Assembly: GCA_951406725.2 (NCBI GenBank)
Contig: OX597818.1
Span: 15,562,001-15,626,000 of the forward strand
Direction of reading: 5' to 3'
DNA from: Octopus vulgaris
Taxonomy: Eukaryota
DNA: 64,000 nt
This document shows, in pieces, positions 1 to 12,744 of this stretch; position 1 is the first letter of the stretch, and every line of letters begins with the position of its first letter. The position numbers and the translations under genes are program-made. The notes under the pieces were generated by a model. It ran no database searches. It was given only the letters and a program-made list of their open reading frames with translations, and was not told where the DNA came from.

Positions 1-1053
1 TAAGTGTGAAGAGGCTGCTATTTATAATAGATATAACAACTACATAGAGATTCTATTACAGGCCAGGAATTGTGGGGATTCATAATATGAATAATGATTT
101 CAAGAAGGAAAGATATAGAGATTTGGTGTTAACATCACTGCCACCACTGCCACCACCATTAGTACTATCATCACTGCCTCCATTGCTGTCATCATTTTTA
201 CATCTCATTCCATTCTTGCACAGGTTCAATGATTCCTGAGAATGACTTTAAACTGTTCAGGAGTTCCAGCATTTTGAGAAGTGTGGAATTACTATTTAGC
301 TACTATTGTTCCCAGGTCTATTCTAACCCAGAATAGTGGTACATGTCAGGATCTCAGCTATGAGTTAAATTGTATGTTACGATCTAAGCCAGGGTATGTT
401 GAAATCATAGGATGCATCATGATAATGATAAGAACAACAATGACAATGATGCCAATGACAAAGATGATGGTAATGGTAGCAGCAGCAGCAGTGACAACAA
501 CAACAAAAGCAACAACATCCTCAGCAGCAGCAGCAGCATTACTACCACCTCTGCTACCATTGCCACCACCACAACTATTACCACCAACAACCCACCACCA
601 CCACCACCATCATCATCATCTCCATGCTTCTATATAGATGAATAGTTTACAAGATATTTCAAAACTTTTGATGTAATAATAACAGAAAATGTTTTTTTTT
701 CTCTCTCTGTTACTTAATCTGGCAATTGACTTATCTACTTAATTCTTGGATTAACAGGTTAATCAAACAAGGGAAATTGGCAAAACTGTTTGAAATCTAC
801 AAGGGGCCAGAATACTGGACTAGATGAAAACTGAGATTTTGGATGCCTATAATTAAAGGCTCATGTTCCTATTACTTATGGATTTATGTGCTTCATAGCT
901 TTTATTCCTAGAAGGAAGTATGGAAATATTTTCAATTCAAAATATCAACATTTAGAGAATTGTTCTACAATTGAAATAAATAAATAAATAGTTTAATAAA
1001 AGAAAGGCAAATTATAAAAAAAAAAAATTAATTAAACTTCTAAGAACATTTAC

Positions 1054-1265
1054 CGAACTATTTTTCAGTTCTGTTGAAACTGGTAATGCATAAGATGATT
1101 TTGGTTCTGTGATGTTAAACCTTTCACCATAAAACTGATGAAGCTGTGAGGCAAAATCCTTATATACACCAGGAACTTCTTTCATAAGCTCATTTTGTAT
1201 ACATGTAATATTCTCTGTTTTATATACATACACAACAGCTAGTTGGTAGCTACTCGATATTTCTT
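1054..1265 (-). CDS. Exon 18: start of the linker (possibly SEA-like) region after the HYR-sushi block
   Basis: tacAG|...|GTAAA; 212 nt, phase 1-0, open frame EEISSSYQLAVVYVYKTENITCIQ...; the donor position is less certain than for other exons. Confidence 0.7.
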
Positions 1266-1354
1266 CTGTAAAGAGGAAGTACAAAAAAAAATTATAACAA
1301 CAATGACAGCAACAACAACAACAACAACAATAATAATAATAATAATAATAATCA

Positions 1355-1556
1355 TTTCTATTATAGGCAAAAGGCCTGAAGTTTTGGGGGAGGGGACTAG
1401 TCAATTACATTGACCCCAGAATTTCACTTATCGACCCCAAAAGGATGAAAGGCAAAGTCAACCCCAGCATCATTTGAACTCAGAACGTAAATACAGACAA
1501 AATACCACTAAGCACTTCACCTGGCATGCTAACGATTCTGCCAGCTCGCCACCTTA
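1355..1556 (-). mobile_element. tRNA-derived SINE, family A (Meta-domain-like core)
   Basis: Minus strand reads ggcgagctggcagaatcgttagc...gagttcaaat...gactttgcctttcatccttttggggtcgataa; many similar copies in the window. Confidence 0.8.
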
Positions 1557-1562
1557 TAATAA

Positions 1563-2838
1563 TCATCATCATCATCGTTTAACGTCCGCTTTCCATGCTA
1601 GCATGGGTTGGACGGTTCAACTGGGGTCTGGCGAGCCCGAAGGCTGCGCCAGGCCAGTCAGATCTGGCAGTGTTTCTACAGCTGGATGCCCTTCCTAACA
1701 CCAACCACTCCGAGAGTGTAGTGGGTGATTTTATGTGCCACCGATACAGGTGCCAGACGAGGCTGGCAGACGGCCACGCTCGGATGGTGTTTTTTATGTG
1801 CCACCGACACAGGTGCCAGACGAGGCTGGCAGACGGCCACGCTCGGATGGTGTTTTTTATGTGCCACCGACACAGGTGCCAGACAAAGCTGGCAGACGCC
1901 CACGCTCGGATGGTGTTTTTTATGTGCCACCGACACAGGTGCCAGACGAGGCTGGCAAACGGCCACGATCTGATGGTGTTTGTTACATGCCCACAGCACG
2001 GAGGCCAGTCGATGCGTTACTGGCTACGGCCATGTTCGGATGGTTTTCTTATGTACCACCGGCACTGGTACCACAAAGATACAAATTCCATTGATGTTCA
2101 TCTATTTTGATTTGGTTTGATTTGATTTGATTTGATTTTGATTTTCACTTGCCTCAACAGGTCTTCATAAATGTCACAGGAAGGAAGGTATGCACAGGTG
2201 GACTGACTACATCCCAGGTAGGGGCCACGGGTTATGGCTTCACTAGTCTTGCCGGGTCTTCTCACGCACAGCATACTTCCATAGGTCTCGGTCTCTAGTC
2301 ATTTCCATGGTGAGACCTAACGTTCGAAGGTCGTGCTTCACCACCTCGTCCCAGGTTTTCCTGGGTCTACCTCTTCCATGGGTTCCCTCAACTGCTAGGG
2401 ATTGGCACTTTCTCACACACCTATCTTCATCCATTCTCGCCACATGACCATACCAGCGCAATCGTCTCTCTTGCACACCACAACTGATGCTTCTTAGGTA
2501 CAACATTTCTCTCAAGGTACTAACGCTCTGTCGAGTAAGTACACTGACATTACACATCCATCGGAGCATACTGGCTTCATTCCTCACGAGCTTACGCATG
2601 TCCTCAGCAGTCACGGCCCATGTTTCACTGCCATGTAGCATGGCAGTTCATACACATGCATCATACAATCTGCCTTTTACTCTGAGCGAGAGGCCTTTAG
2701 TCACCAGCAGAGGTAAGAGCTCCCTAAACTTTGCCCAGGCTATTCTTATTCTAGCAGTTACACTTTCAGCGCACCCACCCCCACTACTGACTTGGTCACC
2801 TAGATAACGGAAGCTATCAACTACTTCTAGTTTTTCCC
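1563..2838 (-). mobile_element. 5'-truncated RTE-clade LINE: ORF2 C-terminus plus 3' UTR with (GAT)n tail
   Basis: EKLEVVDSFRYLG...ARIRIAWAKFREL...LHGSETW...RRLRWYGHV...RGRPRKTW; the UTR contains (ATCAA)n and a 63-bp tandem array; flanked by (AAT)n. Confidence 0.88.
1729..1985. repeat. Tandem repeat, 63-bp unit, about 4 copies
   Basis: Repeated unit ttttatgtgccaccgacacaggtgccagacgaggctggcagacggccacgctcggatggtgtt gives 21-aa periodic spurious ORFs. Confidence 0.92.
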
Positions 2839-3075
2839 AATAATAATAATAATAATAATAATAATAATTCCTACCTAGCAACTCTAATGAAAGGATGGCT
2901 TTGCCATGAGGCTAGCAACACAATACCAAAGAAAGTCAGTTGAAAATTTCTTCTCCCACTTTTCCTTTTTTTTTTTTTTTGTTTATCAAATATTCCTACC
3001 TAGCTACTCTAATGTGCCCATCCTCCCACCCACACCTCCTCTTCCCAGGATCCAAACTGGGAGTAAGGCAATTAT

Positions 3076-3112
<37 letters not shown>

Positions 3113-3219
3113 GCCCCACAAAGTTTGCTCTGTGAGAAGGGTGTATGATTCTTGCTACCTTGATAACCTACAGGAAGAAAAGCAAGACCTATATAAAGTC
3201 TAATGAACTCTTATGAGGC

Positions 3220-5765
3220 AATGGCCACCAAAATAGTATATACCTAAGAGGCAGAAGCAGTCATAACACTTGAAGACCCCTTGTAGGAGACGGAAACTCT
3301 AAAAAGTAACCAGGTTTACAGGAATCCTATATCCTAGGGTAGGGATTCTGCCAGTGATGGTGTCATGGGAAAAAAATACTAATGGTTATGCAACCTAAAA
3401 TTCACTAACCCTCATCGTGAGTGCTGAAATGTCAAATAAAAATAGAAATGAGAATGGCATGAATGAGGCTGGAATACCTTGTGAAGGTCTCTTGCTCAGT
3501 GGGTGCCCCATGGGTGAACAGCATGGGCCCAGTAACTGCTAAAAGATGGCGGATGAAAGAAATGAATGTGGTTGTAATGGAGTGCTATTTTCTGGGTAAT
3601 CTGAGAAATGATAATGTAGTACCTGCTAGGGGATATAGGAAAAGAATGCACAGGGTGTGGAGCGACAGAATCCTATTTGAATTAAGTGAACAAAATTTGT
3701 ATGACCAAGCTACAGCCATCAGAAAGAATGAACTAGAAAGCATTAAGAGACAGGTGCTTAGGGATAGTAAGACCAGCGGTGAATGGAATGATGAGGAAGA
3801 GAATGCAGATAGTGAAACTATGGCAGTAGAGTTGAAGGAAGAAAACGAGCATGAGGCTGAGATTATTGATCAGGAAAGCAATGAGAGAACTGAGGAACAG
3901 ATATCCATTTTAAACAAAATCATTGATATTTGGACATCTGGTGAACAGAGCTTTTATATGGGGTTTAAAAAGTAGCCAGAAAGAAACTCAATGTCAGAAA
4001 GAAAAGTGATTTCACTGGTGATATCAGGACTCACAACATCACAGATACCAACAATCTGATAAATGCAATCTCGATCATTATAGCCCAGTAGTTAGGTTTG
4101 AAAGCCAAAGGTAAATGTCAACATGACCTAAAGGAACCATGGTGGAAAAGGAGAATAATGCAGACTATTAATGGGACCAGAAAACATTAATATTCTAGGA
4201 CAGAAAAACAGAAATGAAGCTCTGTGAGAACAATATGACCTAAAGCTATTTGCTAAGACTGAGAAAGAAATTGAGAGTTTGATGGCAACAGATGATTAGC
4301 AAAGATATTAGCATAGAATTTGGGATCGAGAAATGTGGTGTAATGATTCTCAAAAGGGGGAAAATCAGTAAAAGCTATGGGATAAAGCTGGAAAGTTGTG
4401 AAATGATAAAGGAAGTCAGAGAAGAAGGATATAAGTACCTGGGTATCATTGAAAGAGCTAAGATGAATGAACACAAGATGAAAGAAATGTACAGGAAAGA
4501 GTATTTGAGGAGAACTCAGCTTGTGCTCCAATCAAAGCTAAATGGTTGCTATAAGATTAGAGCAATTAACATGTGGGAGGTTGCTTTAATGAGATATGGG
4601 GCAGGAATAGTATCTTGGAAGAAGAATGAATTACAAGAGATAGACTGGAGGACACGTAAATTAATGACAATGAACAAGGAACCACACCCCAAGTGTGATG
4701 TGTCAAAATTGTATATAAGGAGGAAAAAAGGAGGACAGGGATTGGTGTGTTGTGAAGGCTGTGTAAGGGAAGAGGAGAATAGCCTGGCTTGGTATGTCAA
4801 GGGGAGTAAGGAAGAAATGATTGAAGCAGTGAAAATGCAGGGAACCTTAAAAAGTGAATGAAGCTGTAGATCCAAAATGATTTAAGAAAGACCAGAGGAA
4901 GAGCAGATGAAGAAAATTTAGCAGGACAATAAAATGCACAGTCAGTTCTTGAAGAGTAAAGATGAGATTGATTGGAATAGAACCTGGCAATGGTTGCAGA
5001 AAAGAGACTTAAAAGGGCCCACTGGGGCATTAGTGTGCAGCACTAAAGAACAAGCACTCAGAACAAACTACTCCAAATATCACATTGATAAAAGAAGACT
5101 CGCCACAGTGCAGGATGTGCTCTGAGAAGGGAGAAAGTATAAGCCATATTGTTAGTGAGTGTTGTTAGCTCAGACAAAGGAGACACAACAATGTGGCCAG
5201 ATATGTCCACTGGCTGTTGTGCAATAAAGCAAACCTCGAGAGAGCCAAACAATGTTATGAACACAAGGTAGAGGGAGTAATGGAAAATGAACATTACAAA
5301 ATAATCTGAGATTTTAACATAAAGTGTAACCAAGCCATAGAGGCGAGACGGCCAGATATTGTGATCATCCATAAAGATACAAAAGAAGCAAAGATAATAG
5401 ATGTTGCAATATCAGGTGATTCGAGGGTGAAATGTAAGGAAACAGAAAAGAGTGAGAAATACCAGCCACTGCGGAATGAGATAGAAAAGGTATGGGGCAT
5501 GAGGAAAGCGATGATGATACCGGTGGTAATTGGAGCGTTAGGAACAGTTTCCAAGGGCTTTGAAAAACATATTAAGAACATTGGAGCTGCTGCCAGGCTC
5601 TAGGTGATACAGAAGACAGCATCGTTGGATACAGTTCGCATTCTAAGGAGAGTATTAACTCTTTGAGTCACAGGAGAAGGCACTTCTTGAAACTTTTGAT
5701 GATTTATTATTGCCTGCTTTCAATTAAAGAACAACTGCAAATAGCACGGCAAGAATCAAAACATA
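3220..5765 (+). mobile_element. R4/Dong-clade non-LTR retrotransposon (restriction-like endonuclease), internally deleted and degenerate
   Basis: Thumb region YKYLG...LYIRRKKGGQGL, Zn knuckle CRMC...HIVSEC, RRHN, and RLE motif RPDIV...IIDVAI...K..KY..L...IPVVIGALG; followed by (AAC/AAT)n; 5' boundary approximate. Confidence 0.85.
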
Positions 5766-7195
5766 ATAACAACAACAACAACAACAGCAGCAGCAGCAAC
5801 AACAACAACAACAACAACAATAATAATAATAGTGCTAGTGCATGCATATACAGCAGCATGCATGCACACATACATGCAAGTACTGTCCAAATCTCCAGCC
5901 AATCACATACAGTTAGCTGGCATTCAATTGGTGTATCAAGTTTCAGGCATTTTGATTGAGTTTTGGATAGAAAATTCACAAAAAAGTCAATTCTATTGAT
6001 TTTTTAATGGCTTTGTAGGGTGACTGGGAAAATGTAAAGATGTGCACAACCATCCTTGGACGGTTTTAAATGACCATAGAAAGTGTGAGTCCTCTAACTG
6101 AAACATTGTCGATTTGTATAAAGGACACACACACAGACATTTTGCCGTTTATATATATAGAGATAATCCTGAAATTTTGGAGCCAGAGGTAAATCAATTA
6201 CATGGATCCCAGTGTGTAACTGATACTTATTTTATCAACCCTGAAAGGATGAAAGGTAACGTTGGCCTCAGCAAAATTTGAACACAGAACATAAGCATTT
6301 TGCTCGGTATGCTAGCAATTCTGCCAGTCTACTGCCTCAATAATAATGATAATAATAATAATAATCTTTTTATTATAGACACAAGGCCTGGAATTTGTGG
6401 GGGCGGGGAACAGTTGATCACATCAACTCTGTACTCAACTGGTACTTAATTTATCGACCCCAAAATGCTGAATGACCAAGTTGACCTTGATGGAATTTGA
6501 ATGCAGAATGTAAATACAGGTAAAATACTGCCAAGTATTTTAAAAAAAGAAACTGGAAAATTTCTGACCAAAACTGAGAAATTGTAACCTCTCTCCCTTG
6601 CTCGACACACACATCAAATTTAAGTATCTTAATTTTCTTTTTAAGACCATTGCTGCTTCCGTGGACCAGTATGCATGGGTATTGGGAAGCAGTAATACAA
6701 CACATAGGTGATGGTTTCAAATCTCTTCCAGAAATTGCAAGAGATCTAGTTAAAAACTTTTATTTAAGCAACAAAATTTCTTTCAACAATTTCTTTCTCT
6801 TAAGCATGACACATGCATCAGGTACATACAAAAAAAAACAAATTGACATATTAAAATTATTGAAAATAATAATAATAATCACTATCATCATTATCCTTAC
6901 TATTATTAATTGTCATGAGGTATCTAAACAATTTGAGTTGAAGAAACAGAACAATAAAAGAATTTTATTTGTAATCAATAGATACATTTATCCAATCCCA
7001 AGTAAAAAAAAAATCATCATTGTCCCCATTGACTTCATAGCAAAATCTATGCCTGGATTACATTCAAACATCCATTGCAAATAGATGCAGCTTTTTTTTT
7101 AATCCTTTTTTTTTCTTAATTTTTTTCCTTCAAACACTCATATGATGTCAAAATCAATGCGAGTGACCACCACCATCAGCCTCATTCTTCTTCTT

Positions 7196-7277
<82 letters not shown>

Positions 7278-7278
<1 letters not shown>

Positions 7279-7491
7279 GGTAGTGAGCTGGCAGAATCGT
7301 CAGCACACCAAACAAAATGCTTAGTAGCATTTTGTCTATCATCACGTTCTGATTTCAAATTCTGCCGAGATTGACTTTGGCTTTCATCCTTTCAAGGTCA
7401 ATAAATTAAGTACCAGTTGCATACTGGGGTCGATCTAATCGACTAGCCCCCCTCCCACAAAATTTCGAGCCTTGTGCCTTGAGTAGAAAAG

Positions 7492-7553
<62 letters not shown>

Positions 7554-7838
7554 GGCAGTGGACTGGCATAATTGTTAGGCTTAGTGGTATTTCATCCATC
7601 TTTGTTCTGAATTCAAATTCCTTTGCCTTTCATCTTCTTGAGGTCAATAAAATATGTACTAACTGAATACTGGGGTCGACATAATCAACAATACCCTTCT
7701 CCCAAATTTCAGGCCTTGTGCCTATAGTAGAAAGATGATTGTTATCATTATTAAGGTGGTGAGCTGGCAGAACTGTTACCATGCCAAACAAAATGCTTAG
7801 TGATATTTCTTCTGGCTCTTTACATTGTGAGTTCAAAT
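7278..7838 (+). mobile_element. Three head-to-tail family A SINE copies separated by (TTA)n
   Basis: Repeated heads aagg..gtgagctggcagaa at about 7277, 7552 and 7753; third copy truncated. Confidence 0.8.
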
Positions 7839-8311
7839 TATTATCAACACCATTATTGTAAACATAATTTTTACCATCATCATTATCATCAACTATGACA
7901 TTAAATTCCTCATAACTGTTTCCTTAAAAAAACACAGTATTTTGCAATTCAATTATCCTTTACAAAGCTGACTGACCAGCTCAGTACAACTACTAAATCT
8001 CCTACAATAATATGAATGCTATTTTTAAAATGCATACATGTTTTTCAACCCACCAGATTTTAGGGCAGTATGACTACAGTAGAGTTAGAGAGAGTATAAT
8101 CAATAAGACAACTGATCCAACACAAACACTGGAGTTTAGGCATCTTCTATCTGAATTTCTGGCTTACTGTATAAACATATGTGTTTCACTTTTATTTGTT
8201 GTTGCTGTTGTTGTTTAAGTGCAGGCTAACATTGGTTACACTGATCTGTAATGAAAGAAGTTTCAAATGCATATACCACCCTATCTTTTGTTCAGGCATA
8301 ACTGTGTTTAA

Positions 8312-8534
8312 CCCTCTAGCATTTAATCCAGCCATATCCAGCCTGAATATTCAACCTGTTTTGTGTTAAAACTAACCATATCCAACCTCTCTCACCTACT
8401 CTGCAATGTCATTCTAATAATAATACACAATCACATCATTGAAATCTCAAAGCTATGAGATAATGCATGATTAATTCGAAACAATGTAAATAAATAAGCA
8501 TTATATTTGACAAAGAAATCTGAATGCTAAAGGA
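8312..8534. mobile_element. piggyBac-type MITE
   Basis: TTAA|ccctctagcatt...aatgctaaagga|TTAA; same family at 9904-10084 and 51080-51837, with decayed copies near 16990-17215 and 46212-47060. Confidence 0.75.
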
Positions 8535-8829
8535 TTAAACCTACATCATCAAAAGAGTTCTTTTTGACTTAAATTTAGGATGAATTTTGAAGGATGTGTA
8601 GTTATCTCTACCAAGTCGAACTGCTGAATATTAGCTCTCTTTCTCTCCCCCTCTCATGTAAAACTAAGTGACTAAAATAATGTTGCAAAATTCCGTTATA
8701 CTTGTAAAAAAAGGGATATGCCTAATGTGAGATTACATCTTGTATGCTAGCAAATACAATAATTATACTTTTCAAACACAGAATTCATCTCTCAGATTTA
8801 TCTCCAGCTTTGAGTATTTTATTGGCTCA

Positions 8830-9218
8830 CTAGCAGTATCGCCCGGCGTTGCTCAGGTTTGTAAGGGAAATAACTATAAAGCATTTTTAGAGAGTTATAG
8901 CCAAAAAATAGCAAAAAAATGATAAAAAAAATTATGGTAAATTTTTTTTTGAGAGTAAAAAAAGGTTGAGTTGCGTCCCCTAGACAGTCTGTGGTTTGTT
9001 TTTTTTGATTCTCGACCCCATGTCGAATTTATCGATTTTTTTCAGAACTGGGATTAACTTTTCAAAATTTTCGCTGCGTTAGTTTTGAATTATGACATTG
9101 GGCTATGTGTGTGTCAAGTTTCATCAGAATCGGTTGAAAGCTGTGGTCAGGGTGAGGGTACAAGCAAACAGACACACAGAAACACGCACAGACAAACTGC
9201 CGTTTATATAGAGAGAGA
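8830..9218 (-). mobile_element. Non-autonomous Helitron
   Basis: Minus strand starts A|TC, ends with an imperfect GC-rich subterminal hairpin (cctgagcaacgccggg) then CTAG|T; no TSD; a related 5' end lies at about 6140-6165. Confidence 0.75.
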
Positions 9219-9290
9219 TATCCAAGACATAAGGATTACAAACATATATACCTAGGTATTTCCATATCTGGTTTTATCACTTGAACTTAC

Positions 9291-9488
9291 CAACACAAAA
9301 AAGTGCTTCTCGGTTCAATCCATTGGTAAAATTACAGCTGATAACTTCACTGACTGCACTAATATTATGGTAAAATTTATAATTCTTCCTGCAAGATATT
9401 GTGCAGCTGACCCCATCAGGAATGTCTGAACAATTCAATAGTGCATTTAAGATGAGGTTTTCAGTTCTGCATATTTCGCTGCTGTTAA
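9291..9488 (-). CDS. Exon 17: post-HYR sushi-like module
   Basis: tgcAG|...|GTAAG; 198 nt, phase 1-1; EICRTENLILNALLNCSDIPDGVSCTISCRKNYKF...ISCNFTNG...FCV. Confidence 0.88.
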
Positions 9489-9599
9489 CTGCAAACAAAA
9501 ATATAAAAAATATTTAATAATAAAGGATTTTTTAAAAAATTTCCAAAGTGCTTGGTACCTCCATTTTTAAGTGATCACTGCATGTCATGTCACATATTG

Positions 9600-9845
9600 T
9601 GGAGGCGCATGGCCTAGTGGTTAGAGCAGTGGACTCGCGGTCAAGGGATCGCAAGTTCAAATCTCAGACCGGGAATGGTGAACTTCTGCTGAATTTTTCA
9701 CTGCAACTTTCTCTCACTCTTTCCTCCTGCATATTGCAGCTCACCTGTGACCGACCAGCATCCCATCCAGGTGCGGAACCTATATGCCAAAGAAACCGGG
9801 AAACCGGCCCTTATGAACCAGCGATGGCTTGAGAAGGAACAAACA
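9600..9845 (+). mobile_element. tRNA-derived SINE, family C
   Basis: A box tggcctagtgg and B box gttcaaatc; related copies at about 11642-11980 (+), 23885-24130 (-), 45295-45580 (-) and 63677-63715 (+). Confidence 0.75.
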
Positions 9846-9903
9846 ATATATGTTACATATTGTACATAGCAATTCTAAAGTCATTACCACTAATAATGCT
9901 TAA

Positions 9904-10084
9904 CCCTTTAGCATTTAAACCAACTATAACCAGCCAAAATATTCTACCTGTTTTATGTTCAAACTGGTAAAAATAAACAAACACATTATTGAAATCTCAA
10001 AGCTACAAGATAATGCATGGTTAATTCAAAACAATGGGAATAAATAAGTATTATGTTTGACAGAGTAATCTGAAAGCTAAAGGG
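9904..10084. mobile_element. piggyBac-type MITE
   Basis: TTAA|ccctttagc...gctaaaggg|TTAA. Confidence 0.8.
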
Positions 10085-10605
10085 TTAAAAAAATGTGAAT
10101 AAGAAATCAACAAGCTGTTTTTATAGCTTCATAAGACTATAGTTTCATTTTGTTTTTAACCTTTCACCTGCAAGATACAAAAACATCTCCAGTCTGTTTA
10201 CTAAACCCTGGCATAGATGGCTGCAGTGAAAGTTTATCAGTCAGGGACAAACAGCAGGGGCTGGTGAGGAGTTGTGTAAGAAATTAAATGTAACATAGTA
10301 GTGAGATGTTGGCACTAAATACAGAAGATTAGTGAAGAGTGGAAAGAGGATGAGTTTATTATTCATTCAAGGACTGAATGTTAATATAAAATGAATTTTA
10401 GGTTATTAATAAGCCAAGAAAGTGGGCTCCATTTGCAAGGTCATGCACTGTTTATCTTGATATGAGGTCATCATGTCACTCGCATGTGGTTGTGATGCAT
10501 GTGATTGATGTACTCTTACCAGATGGGTAGTCATGATGGGCATATTGGGCTTTGTATATTTGTACCCCATGTCACTTTGATAACATGTGCTACTCTCTCA
10601 CACGA

Positions 10606-10622
10606 TAATAACAATAACAATG

Positions 10623-10679
<57 letters not shown>

Positions 10680-10812
10680 GTAATAATAACAATAACAATA
10701 ACAATAATAATAACAATAACAACAACAACAACAATAATTATGATGATGATGATGATAATGATAATAATAATAATGATGATAATAATAATAATAACAATAA
10801 TAATAATAATAA
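10606..10812. repeat. Compound (AAT/AAC/GAT)n microsatellite
   Basis: About 200 bp of trinucleotide repeats. Confidence 0.95.
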
Positions 10813-11496
10813 ATATAACAAGTAACTGCAGAATATGTGGAGATGGACAAGAAACAATAAATCATATTATCTCTAGCTGCCCAGTCCTGGCTAAGAAGGA
10901 ATATATTCACAGACATGACAGAGTTGGAACCTACATACATTGGAAGCTATGCCAACATTATGGAATAACAACAGAAAAAAGATGGTATAGGCACACACCA
11001 GAAAAGGTCACAGAAAACGAGAAAGCAACCATACGCTGGGATATGCCGATACACACAGATAGAGAAATTAAGGCCAACAGACCAGATATAGTTGTCAGAG
11101 ATCATGAAGAAAAAAAAATGCTTTCTAATTGATGTATCAATACCGGCAGATGACAACGTGTCTCTAAAAGAAATGGAGAAACTCTCTAAATACAAAGACC
11201 TGGAAATAGAGGTAACCAGAATGTGGAATCTAAAAACAGAAACAATTCCTATCATAGTAGGTACATTAGGCATGATAAAAAAAATATTCAGACAAATACA
11301 TAACAAAAACACCAGGACTTACAAACACATATAACATACAGAAAATTGCACTACTAGGCACTGCACACATCCTAAGCAGAACACTTTCCATACAATAACC
11401 ATCAGAGCATCACAACAAATCACAGCACATACCTAAGGCACACAGAGCTGTGCTCGGTAGTGAAGTGAAAGCACGCTATAAAAATATAACTACTGA
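10811..11496 (+). mobile_element. 3' fragment of a second R4/Dong-clade element embedded in (AAT)n
   Basis: CRICGDGQETINHIISSC, HRHDRV, NRPDIVV...LIDVSIP...KLSKYKDL...IPIIVGTLG with frameshifts in poly-A runs; (AAT)n on both sides. Confidence 0.88.
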
Positions 11497-12744
11497 ATAA
11501 TGATAATAATAATAATAATCTTTTCTATATAGGCACAAGGGCCTGAAATTTTCAGGGACAGGCTAGTTGATTACCTATACCTATATTTATATAGGAAACG
11601 GCTAGTTGATTTATCTATGTGTGTGTGTGTGTGTGTGTGATGAAGGCACATGGCTCAGTGCTTAGAGTGTTGGGCTCACAATCATGAGGTAGTGAGTTTG
11701 ATTCCCAGGCAGGCTGTGCATTGTGTTCTTGAGTAAGTCACTTTATTTCACACTGTTCCAGTTCACTCAGCTGTAGAAATGATTTGTGATGTCACTGGTG
11801 CCAAGCTGTATCGGCCTTTGCCTTTCCCTTGAATATTATGAGTGGTGTGGAGAGGGGAGGCTTGTATGCAAGGGCAACTGCTGGTCTTCCATAAACAACC
11901 TTGCCTGCTCTTGTACCTCGGAGGGGAACTTTCTAGGTGTAATCCCAGGGTCATTCATGACTGAAGGAGATCTTTACCCTATACATATCAGACGTTAAAC
12001 GACAATGATGATGATAATATACATATATATATATACATGGGTAGGTAGGTGTGTTTGAGAAATTAGATGGCAATTAACTAATATATACAGAATGCTTTTG
12101 TGGGGTTCTTTTACCTTTTTTCTTTTGTTGGTTTGACCTAAAGGAAGGAGCTACCCAAACCTTTGCTGGCCTTTAGGGGTGGGCTTGCAAGGTTGGTGAA
12201 GTTAATGTTCCTTTTGAATTACTGCATGCTGATGACAGCAGGGAAAACATGGAGATTCCATTCTGATGACAATGGGTTAGGTTCAGTGATTAGTATGAGA
12301 CACAAAAGATGACAAGAAGTGAAAAATGAGTGAGATGGATGTACCTGAGTGGAAGTGATTAAAAGACATTGTATGGATATGAACACGTAGTGCTAAGTGA
12401 AAACCACAAGTTGTGAACCTACAGTTGAAGGGATCAAGGTAGTGATCAAGGTAGTGTAGTGATCAAGGTAGTGTAGTGTAGTGATCAAGGTAGTATAGCA
12501 TGATCAGATGAAGAAAGGAAAGATATGAGGTAAGTTTTATGGGATCTGATGTGAGAAAGTTTATTCATACAGTTTGAATGTACATCGTTAATTGGGATTA
12601 TTGTATGTCATATGAAACATAGACTTAGCTAGCATGGAGGCAAAAAAATGGATGTATATTAGAATGACAATGACAGTTGGATTGATGATGATGATGGGAA
12701 GGAAGAGGAGAAGGAGAAGGAGGGAGGTCAGCACCAGCCACTGG

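Noticed and set aside
281-645. ORFs with poly-His, poly-Asn and poly-Thr tracts
   Set aside because: Translations of trinucleotide microsatellites with no splice or domain support; the same applies to ORFs at 5663-5979, 7142-7345, 10505-10940, 13148-13571, 32415-32781, 58218-58651 and 62872-63196.
1595-2110. ORFs with 21-aa repeats that look like a repeat protein or a CRISPR-like array
   Set aside because: They come from a 63-bp tandem repeat with no unique spacers, inside an RTE 3' UTR.
9600-9675. tRNA-like sequence with A and B boxes
   Set aside because: It continues into a repeated SINE body and lacks a clean cloverleaf, so it is a SINE head and not a tRNA gene; the same holds for 26595-26672.
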